64,000 bases of DNA from NCBI RefSeq assembly GCF_006345805.1, contig NC_043023.1, positions 930,001 through 994,000 of the forward strand, read 5' to 3'. Position numbers and translations under genes: made by a program. Below are positions 54,071 through 64,000 of the stretch, one piece after another (the stretch's first letter is position 1; each line of letters opens with the position of its first letter). The notes under the pieces were generated by a model. The model saw nothing but the letters and a program-made list of their open reading frames with translations. It did not search any database and had not been told where the DNA came from. The stretch comes from Octopus sinensis (taxonomy: Eukaryota).

Positions 54071-54946
54071 AAATATCACATATTTGTGTGTGTGTGTGTG
54101 TGTAAGTATGTATGTATGCATGCATTGCATGTATGTATGTATGTATGTATGAATGTATGTATGTATATGGTATGGTATATATATATATAATATATACACC
54201 ACTTTTTTTTTACTCTTTTTACAGGTTCAGTTATTTGACTGTGGCCATGAGGTGAGCACCGCCTTTAATCGAGCAAATCGATCCCAGGACTTTCCTTGTA
54301 AGCCTAGTACTTATTCTATCGGTCTCTCTTTGCCAAACCACTAAGTTATGGGGATGTAAACACACCAGCATCGGTTGTCAAGAATCTTTGGGGGGACAAA
54401 CAGACACACCAACACATACACACATATACATACATATATACAACAGGCTTCTTTCAGTTTCCGTCTACCAAATCCACTCACAAGTCTTTGGTCGGCCCGA
54501 GGCTATAGTAGAAGACACTTGCCCAAGGTGCCACACAGTGGGACTGAACCTGGAACCATGTGGTTCATAAGCAAGCTAGTTACCACATATATATATGAGT
54601 ACAAATATGTATGTATATATGCATACACACATATTTTTTTATTTTTTAAATTTTATCTAGTTTCAGCTCACGAGCTGTGGCCATGCGGGGGCACCGCCAT
54701 TTGTTTATATATGTATAAATGTATCTGGATATATGTAGCTGAGTGATATTTGACTGCTATTTCTAGCAAGCTAGCTATCATATAGAGGTGTTCCTTATTG
54801 GCTCATACATGCATACACATACATAAAATATAAAGGAATTTTGACTGCTGTTTCTAAAATTCCGATCTACCATGTGGAGGTCTCCCTCGTTTGTTCCTTC
54901 TTGACATAGACAGTACAGGTGAGGAGTGTCACCTGTACGGACTGAC

Positions 54947-54997
54947 CTGGGCCAGGTGAATTGAAATGTAACGAAGCTTGTTCTGTCGCCAATGTGT
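54947..54997 (-). CDS. Candidate 51 nt internal exon (THWRQNKLRYISIHLAQ), gene unidentified
   Basis: Unique sequence bounded by pyrimidine-rich ...CCCTCAG and CAG|GTCAGT; open phase-0 frame. Confidence 0.4.
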
Positions 54998-55199
54998 CTG
55001 AGGGTTCGAACATGCATGGAGATGTGGAGAGAGATAAAAATGAGATTGAGACGGACACAATGAGGTGTTGAGATCAAATAACGGATAAGACAGCTGAGGT
55101 GTCTTGTAGTGTGTGTGTGTGTGTGTGGTAGAATAAAGTGAATTGGGTTGATAGGTACATAGAAAAATTGATATGTGGATAGGGAGATAGATTGATGAA

Positions 55200-55273
55200 T
55201 AGAGATGGATAGATAGATAGATAGAGAAGATAGACAGATAGATAGGTAGACAGATAGATAGGTAGATAGACAG

Positions 55274-55308
<35 letters not shown>

Positions 55309-55515
55309 GAAGATAGGTAGGTAGATAGATAGATAGATAGATAGAGAAGATAGGTAGATAGATAGATAGAGAAGATATGTAGGTAGATAGATAGATAGAT
55401 AGATAGATAGTGAAGATAGGTAGATAGATAGATAGATAGAGAAGATAGGTAGATAGATAGATAGATAGAGAAGATAGGTAGGTAGATAGATAGATAGATA
55501 GATAGAGAAGATAGG

Positions 55516-55559
<44 letters not shown>

Positions 55560-55572
55560 GAAGATAGGTAGG

Positions 55573-55604
<32 letters not shown>

Positions 55605-55687
55605 GAAGATAGGTAGATAGATAGATAGATAGATAGAGAAGATAGGTAGGTAGATAGATAGATAGATAGATAGATAGAGAAGATAGG

Positions 55688-55731
<44 letters not shown>

Positions 55732-55781
55732 GAAGATAGGTAGGTAGATAGATAGATAGATAGATAGATAGAGAAGATAGG

Positions 55782-55833
<52 letters not shown>

Positions 55834-55999
55834 GAAGATAGGTAGATTGATAGATAAATAGGCAGGTAGGTAGGTAGATACATAAATAGATAGGTTGCAG
55901 ATAGATAGATAGAAAGATTGATAGATAGATGGATAGATATAGATTGATAGAGAGAGAGGAGAGAGAGTGAGAGAGTGATAGATAGATAAACAGACAGAC

Positions 56000-56038
<39 letters not shown>

Positions 56039-56160
56039 CAGAGATAGATAGACAGATAGATAGGTGGACAGATAGATTGATAGATAGATAGATAGATAGG
56101 TAGGTAGGTAGGTGGGTAGGTAGGTAGAGAGATAGATAGATATAGATAGATAGATTGATA
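55200..56160. repeat. (GATA)n minisatellite punctuated by GAGAAGATAGGTA
   Basis: Directly visible. Confidence 0.92.
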
Positions 56161-56278
56161 GGTGACCCAATAAATTGATACATATAGAGAAAGGAAGACA
56201 TGGATGGATAGAAAATAACACATAGGTAGACAGAGGTTGGAAGATGGATAAATTGATAGCTACAGATATAAACAGATA

Positions 56279-56592
56279 TCAAAATAAGCAACAAGGATAT
56301 GCAGAGGTAATGCAGTACGATCGTTTCATGCGACTCCATTTAATTGAACAATGCAATCATTTCATTACATCAATTTAATATGTAGAGCAATCTTCAGCTG
56401 CACAAACACATATAGAATTTAATTTAATTATACTAATGTTTCCATCTGTTCTAATTTAATTAAATTCTATGTCTTTGTGCAGCTGAGGATTGCTCTGCAT
56501 TTTAAATTGATGATTGTATTGTTCAATTAAATAGAGTTGCATGAAACGATCGTACTGCATTACCTATGGGTATCCTTGTTGCTTATTTTGAT
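56279..56592. mobile_element. Fold-back element with a hammerhead in each arm
   Basis: Plus 56478-56559 UGCAG CUGAGGA UUGC...GCAU GAAA CGAUCG UA CUGCA; minus copy 56311-56402 has CUGAAGA. Confidence 0.8.
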
Positions 56593-57537
56593 TTTAATCA
56601 ACTTACTTAGAAATTGTATGGATAATACCATACTAAATTCTGGTGTCTCAACTCAAGTACCATATTCATCTGAATCTAAATTTTTGCTGATATAAACAGA
56701 TATAAATAGATAGACAGAGGTAGTTAGATAATAGCTATCCATCTACCCATCCATGTATCTAAATATGGCAGCGTAAGAAAAGAGGAAGTTGGAAAATTTA
56801 TTGGTACTGTTTATTCATCATTACATATCTCTCTTTCTCTTTTACTTCTTTCAGTAATTTGACTGTGGCCATGCTGGAGCACCGCCTTTAGTCAAGCAAA
56901 TCGATCCCAGGACTTATTCTTTGTAAGCTCAGTACTTATTCTATCGGTCTCTTTTGCCGAACTGCTAAGTGACGGGGACATAAACACACCAGCATCAGTT
57001 GTCAAGCAATGTTGGGGGGACAAACACAGATACACACACATATATATATATATACATATATACCAAATCCACTCACAAGAGACTATATTAGAAGACACTT
57101 GCCCAAGATGCCAAGCAGTGGGACTGAACCCGGAACCATGTCAGGGTGTACACGAATCATGAAAATACCTCATGGAGTGGTGACTATGCCCTGAATACTT
57201 ATGGGTTGCATTTGTTCAGATTCCTGCCAGGGATATGGTGAAGCTGTGGGACTGCAACATGGTAGATTGTGGTGGGGTAGTGGAAGAGCAGAACTGAACA
57301 TCTTACGTAGATGCTGAGCAGAGGAATCCCTAGAAGATCAACAGTGAGGACCACCAAGCTTTATCAGGGGAGTAACTGCAATAGGCTATCCAAAGGCTTT
57401 GTGTCTGTGGTTGTGTGGTCAGCTATTGAAAGACTCACTATGACTCAAGCTCCCAATTCAGATGGAATTGGGTGGTGAGAAAGAGAGAGTCACAGGAGTC
57501 TGTGCAAGCAGTGTGACCAACTGGACATGTTAGGGAC

Positions 57538-57870
57538 ATCATCATCGTTTAGCATCCGCTTTCCATGCTGGCATGGGTTGGACGGTTCAACTGGGGTCTG
57601 GGAAGCCAGAAGGCTGCACCAGGCCCAGTCTGATCTGGCAGTGTTTCTACGGCTGGATGCCCTTCCTAACGCCAACCACTCCATGAGTGTAGAGGGTGCT
57701 TTTTACATGCCACCAGCACAGGTGCCAGGCGAGGCTGGCAATGGCCACAATTGGATGGTGCTTTTTACATGCCACCGGCACAGAAGCCAGTCAGGGTGGT
57801 GCTGGCAACGGCCACGTTCAGATGGTTCTCTTATGTGCCACCGGCACTAGTATCACAGCTACAATTCCAT
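57538..57870 (-). mobile_element. RTE LINE 3'UTR fragment
   Basis: Family match. Confidence 0.75.
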
Positions 57871-58129
57871 TGTAGAGATATGTAAGGGATTTTAGATGGT
57901 AGTATTTAGATTTTAGAAGGCACCACATGCATATGCACACAAACACACAAACACACATGTATGAAGAGAGTGAGAGGAGAGGATGGTGGTTTTCTTGTGT
58001 AAAAGGATTATGTCAAGGTATTATACATCATCATCATCATCATTTGATGTCCATTTTCCATGCTGGCATGGGTTGGATGGTTTGACAGGAACTGGCAAGC
58101 TGGAGAGCTGCCCTGGTTTCAATTGTGAG

Positions 58130-59206
58130 CATGTGTGTGTGTATGTGTGTATATATGTATGTATGTATGTGTGTATATAGATATATGTATGTATGTGTAT
58201 ATATATATATATATGGGTGTATATATGTGTGTGTGAAGATATATATGTGAGTGTATATATATATATGTGCGTATGTATGTGTGTATATATGTATGTATGT
58301 ATGTGTGTATATATATGTATGTATGTGTATATATAGATATATGTATGTATGTGTATATATATATATATGGGTGTATATATGTGTATGTGAAGATATATAT
58401 GTGAGTGTATATATATATATGTGCGTATGTATGTGTGTATATATGTATGTATGTATGTGTGTATATATATGTATGTATGTGTATATATAGATATATGTAA
58501 TGTATGTGTATATATATATATGGGTTATATATGTGTTATGTGGATATCTATGTGAGGTAATATATATATATGTGCGTATGTATGTGTGTATTATGTATGT
58601 ATGTATTGTGTATAGATATGTATGTATGTGTATATATGATATATGTATGTATGTGTTATATATATATATGGGTGTAATAATGTGTATGTGAAATATATAT
58701 TGTGAGTGTATATATATATATGTGTGTGTGTAGTGTGTATATATGTATGTTGTATGTTGTGTTATATATATGTATGTGTATATATAGATATATGTATTTA
58801 TGATGTATATATATATATATGGGTGTACTATTGTATGTGAAGATATATATGTGAGTGTATATATATATATGTGCGTATGTTGTGTGTATATATTATGTAT
58901 GTATGTGTGTATATATATGTATGTATGTGTATACTAGATATATGTCTGTATGTGTTTATATATATATGGGTGTATATATGTGTATGTGAAGATATATATG
59001 TGAGTGTTATATATATTGTGGTTGTGTGTGTTGTATATATGTATGTATGTATGTGTGTATATCTGTATGTATGTGTATATATAGATATAGTCGTATGTGT
59101 ATATATATATATCTGGGTGTATATATGTTGTGTGAAGATATATATGTGAGTGTATATATATATATGTGCGTATGTATGTATGTGTATATATGTATGGGTG
59201 TATATA

Positions 59207-59247
<41 letters not shown>

Positions 59248-59450
59248 GAGTGTATATATATATATATATGTATGTGTATATATATATATATATGTATGAG
59301 TGTGTGTACATATATGTGTGTATGTCTGGGTGTGTATACATATATATATATATGTATGCATGTATGTATGTGTATGTATATATGCATATGTATATGTATG
59401 CATGTATATATACAGATATATATACATGTATGTATGTGTATGCATGTGTG
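58130..59450. repeat. (TA/TG) microsatellite with ~150 bp higher-order period
   Basis: GTGAAGATATATATGTGAGTG recurs about every 150 bp. Confidence 0.8.
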
Positions 59451-60323
59451 CTCTAAATAAGCACTCGAACTATTCAGGTCAAAGCCGTGAGATAAGAACA
59501 ATTCCCAGCCAAGACATTACATGACAAATATTTCAGGATGTCGACTGTACTCAGACTTCCATTGTCTAGAAAGAAGAGGGGGGGTTACACACGAGTAGTT
59601 CAACCGGCACGTAAGTGTGTGTGTGTGTATGGGGGGGAGGATAAATATAGTGCACATACATTCACACATGTATCTGCTTTTACGTATATGAAAGGTGGCG
59701 AGCTGGGAGAAACGTTAGCACTCTGGGGGAAATGCTTGGCAGTGTTTCATCTGTCTTTAGGTTCTGAGTTCAAATTCCACTGAGGTCGACTTTGCTTTTT
59801 ATTCTTTCGGAGTCGATAAGATAAGTACCAGTTGTGTACTGGGATTGATCTAATTGATTGGCCCCACCTATGCAAAAATTCTGGGCCCTGTGCCTAGAGT
59901 AGAAAAGATTATGTATATTGATAGAAAATATAAGTAGTTAGGTGCAGGAGTGGCTGTGTGGTGAGTAGCTTGCTTACCAACTACATGGTTCCGGGTTCAG
60001 TCCCACTGCGTGGCACCTTGGGCAAGTGTCTTCTACTATAGCCTCGGGCCAACCAAAGCCTTGTGAGTGGATTTGGTAGACAGAAACTTGAAGAAGCCTG
60101 TCGTATATATGTATATATATCTGTATGTATATGTTTGTATGTCTGTGTTTGTCTCCCCCCACCCACCATCACTTGACAACCGATGCTGATATATATATAT
60201 ATATACACACACACAGACATACACACACACACACACATATGAATATAGGTGAAGGTGTAGCTGTGTGGTAAAAAGTTTACTTCCCAACCCAATGGTTCGA
60301 GGTTCAGTCCCACAGTGTGGCAC

Positions 60324-60423
60324 NNNNNNNNNNNNNNNNNNNNNNNNNNNNNNNNNNNNNNNNNNNNNNNNNNNNNNNNNNNNNNNNNNNNNNNNNNNNN
60401 NNNNNNNNNNNNNNNNNNNNNNN
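60324..60423. other. Assembly gap (100 N)
   Basis: N run. Confidence 0.99.
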
Positions 60424-60574
60424 GCCGAGTAAGGGGGGTCCCCTCCATCCCCCCCCACCCACGATAAATATTTGTGATAACTTACAACTTGATATCTGAT
60501 ATGTGCGTATATTTGTGTGCATGTATGTGACTATATATACACACACACACACATGCATACATAGATATACATAT

Positions 60575-61023
60575 TCTCTCTTTTACTTGTTTCAGTCATT
60601 TGACTGCGGCCATGCTGGAGCACTGCCTTTAATCGAGCAACTTGACCCCGGGACTTATTCTTTTGTAAGCCCAGTACTTATTCTATCGGTCTCTTTTGCC
60701 GAACCGCTAAGTGACAGTGACGTAAACACACCAGCATCGGTTGTCAAGCGATGCTAGGGGGACAAACACAGACACACACACGCATATATATATATATATA
60801 CATATATATATACACACATATATATATATATTTATATATATATATATATACATATATACGGCGGGCTTCTTTTCTGTTTCCATCTACCAAATTCACTCAC
60901 AAGGCTTTGGTCAGCCCGAGGCTATAGTAGAAGACACTTGCCCAAGGTGCCATGCAATGGGACTGAACCCGGAACCATGTGGTTGGTAAACAAGCTACTT
61001 ACCACAAAGCCACTCCTGCGCCT
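60575..61023 (-). mobile_element. SINE type A
   Basis: Family match. Confidence 0.85.
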
Positions 61024-61142
61024 ATATATATATATATATATATATTATTAAGGGCTCCTAAATAAGGATGCCAAGTGCTAGGGGCACAAAGAAAGGATAG
61101 ATTTATTGAGAGTGAAAATCAAAAACATTTACCGATAACGAT

Positions 61143-61226
61143 ACATCCCGGACTGATCAGTTTCTACCTCTTTCTAGCAAAACAAACAGAATATGTATGC
61201 TACGGTTGGTTTCATCAGCGAGACAC
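61143..61226 (-). ncRNA. Type I hammerhead ribozyme motif in a fold-back element (IR 61047-61082 / 61226-61262)
   Basis: GUGUCUCG CUGAUGA A ACC...GGU A GAAA CUGAUCAG UC CGGGAUGU; helix III palindrome ACUGAUCAGU. Confidence 0.82.
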
Positions 61227-61371
61227 CTAAGCACTTGGCATCCTTATTTAGGAGCCCTTAATTATATTTCTATATGAATAATATTTTTCTGCATGAATAA
61301 TATTTTGTCTAATGACTAATTCGTCTTTTGTGCTGGGCCACTGGTAATAATCCATATTATTACCCTTTGTT

Positions 61372-61403
<32 letters not shown>

Positions 61404-61409
61404 CACATA

Positions 61410-62040
61410 TATGGCTGTGTGGTAAGAGGTTTGCTTCCTAACCATATGATTCTGGATTGAGTCTCACTGCTTGGACATCTAGGGCAAGTGTCTTCGATAG
61501 CCTAGGTCTTGTAGGTGAATTTGGTAGAGAGAAACTGAAAGAAGGTGAGCTGGCAGAAACATTAGCACGCCGAGTGAAATGCTTAGTGGTATTTCGTCTG
61601 CTGTTACGGTCTGAGTTCAAATTCTGCCGAGGTTGACTTTGTCTTTCATCCTTTCGGGGTCGCTTAAATAAGTACCTATTTCTTTATTACCCACAAGGGG
61701 CTAAACATAGCAGGGACAAACAAGGACAGACATGGGGATTAAGTCGATTACATCGACCCCAGCGCATAACTGGTACTTAATTTATCGACACCGAAAGGAT
61801 GAAAGGTAAAGTCGACCTCGGCGGAATTTGAACTCACAACGTAACGGCAGACAAAATACCGCAAAGCATTTCACCCGACATGCTAACGTTTCTGCCAGCT
61901 CGCCGCCTAATTAAATAAGTACCAGTTACGCACTGGGGTCGATATAATCGACTTAATATTTTTGTCTATCCTTGTTTGTCCCCTCTGTGTGTAGCCCCTT
62001 GTCGGCAGTAAAGAAATACGAAACTGAAAGAAGCCCGTTG
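61410..62040 (+). mobile_element. Triple nest: SINE A containing SINE B (+), which contains SINE B (-, 61677-61908)
   Basis: TSD GAAACTGAAAGAAG (61531/62021) and TSD TTAAATAAGTACC (61664/61911). Confidence 0.85.
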
Positions 62041-62738
62041 TATATAGGGATTTCTAGACTGGTGTTTTCGGGCAATTACAGGCCCTGTTAGTATATATTC
62101 TTCTATTTGTTTCAGTCATTGGACTGCGTCCATGCTGGAGCAATGCTTTTATTTGAACAAATTGACCCCAGGACTTATTCTTTGTAAGCCCAGTATTTAT
62201 TGCATTGGTCTCTTTTGCTGAACCACTAAGTTACGAGGACGTAAACACACCAACATCAGTTGTCAAGTGATGGGGAGGGGGGACAAACACTGACGCACAT
62301 ATATAGGCGCAGGAGTGGCTGTGTGGTAAGTAGCTTGCTAACCAACCACATGGTTCCGGGTTCAGTCACACTGCGTGGCACCTTGGGCAAGTGTCTTCTG
62401 CTATAGCCCCGGGCCGACCAATGCCTTGTGAGTGGATTTGGTAGACGGAAACTGAAAGAAGCCCGTCGTAAGAGTATATATATATATATACATACATATA
62501 TATATAAACATACATATATATACATACATACATTATATACATACATATATATACATACATACATATATACATACATATACATACATATATATATATACAT
62601 ACATATATATAAACATACAAGAATATATATATATATATATATATACCAATTATACACACATACACATATATATACATACATATATATATATACATACATA
62701 TATATAAACATACATAGATATATATACATATAGCATAC

Positions 62739-62769
<31 letters not shown>

Positions 62770-62905
62770 TATACACATACACATATATATACATACATAT
62801 ATACACATACATATAGATATATATATATACAGTGGGCTTCTTTCAGTTTCCATCTACCACATATGCCCGTCATTTGTAAGCATGACAGGCTTTCTACCAT
62901 CATAC

Positions 62906-62996
62906 CAAAGTATTCCTTTGAATGTTTCCTTTCAAGAAACTTTATTTTCCCCAGCAAGAACTGTAGGTTGTTGATGTCATAAAAATATTTCATAAA
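62906..62996 (-). CDS. Candidate 91 nt exon ([30 protein letters not shown]), gene unidentified
   Basis: AG acceptor, G|GTATGA donor, protein-like composition. Confidence 0.4.
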
Positions 62997-63524
62997 CTTT
63001 TAAGAGGACATGAAACAAATCTCATTTATTTAATAACAATATTTTTATTTCTGAATAAAGGAAAAATAAGAAACTCATACAAAACAACAGCATCTCCATC
63101 CCTGCAATTATAAAATTGAAAAACAAAAAAAATAAAATAAATAAAATACAAGGACAAAACTAGCAATAAATTTGAGGTGTTGTGGTGTTGATGCTGGTAT
63201 AGTTGGATAACGGAGCTTGTGTAAAGAGCATTTAAAGATTTTGATGGGTTTTCAATTACACACCGGGTCACTCAGGAACTGTTAGGGAAGTGCATGAACT
63301 GATACATAAACACACATATATACACACATATATATACACACCCACACATACATACATGTATATATATATACACACATAAATGCATATATATAAACACACA
63401 CACACACAGAGAAACACATATATATATATATACACACAAACATACATGTGTGTATGTGTATATATTTATATATATACATACACACGTGCACAAACAAACT
63501 TATTAAATATATATCTCTATACAC

Positions 63525-63692
63525 AGATGTAAAGTAGATCAGTAATCTTCTTCTGTGACATCTTCAACAAGACTTTCAGCTCCACTTCTGCTTCAAACCA
63601 GTCATGCTCTGCGTCTACTCTATCTCGCATGAACGTGCGAGATTCACATTAAACGTCCCTTTGACCAGGGTGTCAGCAAACATTGGTGACAG
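63525..63692 (-). CDS. Candidate exon needing one frameshift (LSPMFADTLVKGTFNV/ESRTFMRDRVDAEHDWFEAEVELKVLLKMSQKKITDLLY)
   Basis: Strong acceptor CTTTTCTCTCATTCTAG and protein-like text; donor unclear; pseudogene or assembly indel. Confidence 0.4.
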
Positions 63693-64000
63693 CTAGAATG
63701 AGAGAAAAGGGACTTTGTTAATATTTGACCCTTATGATCCAAATCCCCTTCAGACCATCCCTGCTTCATTATTCCAAGGTCCCTCTTTGAAAATCTTCCT
63801 TCATAATTTCATAATTCTAAACACTTAATTAATAATACCCTTTTACTCTTTTACTTGTTTCAGTCATTTGACTGCGGCCATTTAGTCGAGCAAATCTACC
63901 CCGGGACTTATTCTTTGTAAGCCCAGTACTTATTCTATCAGTCTCTTTTGCCGAACCGCTAAGTAACGGGGATATAAACACACCAGCATCAGTTGTCAAG

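Noticed and set aside
835-63524. Hundreds of ORFs rich in YI/HT/CV/LSIY, and recurring peptides such as [30 protein letters not shown]
   Set aside because: Translations of microsatellites and of the non-coding SINE A, not genes

Overview
AT-rich, repeat-saturated animal genomic DNA, most likely an octopus. That assignment is inferred from tRNA/CORE-type SINEs resembling the octopus OR/OK families and the extreme (TA)n/(CA)n/(GATA)n/(CAT)n content. No intact gene is visible and almost all ORFs in the track are microsatellite or SINE artefacts. Recognisable content: more than 25 copies of a tRNA-headed CORE-like SINE, three other tRNA-headed SINE types, RTE-clade LINE 3' ends, an R4/NeSL-type endonuclease remnant, a Penelope-like GIY-YIG remnant, two decayed mariner transposons, a piggyBac-like MITE (solo and as a tandem array), a ~1 kb tandem duplication, a 100-N gap and a few candidate minus-strand exons. 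The most striking signal is about 10 sequence-unrelated families of type I hammerhead ribozyme motifs (CUGANGA...GAAA...UH, often with a palindromic helix III). Most sit in non-coding fold-back elements lodged in (TA)n tracts, and one sits in the 3' tail of a tRNA-headed SINE. This points to a diverse Penelope-driven, ribozyme-bearing non-autonomous retroelement system. All structures were folded by eye and activity is untested.
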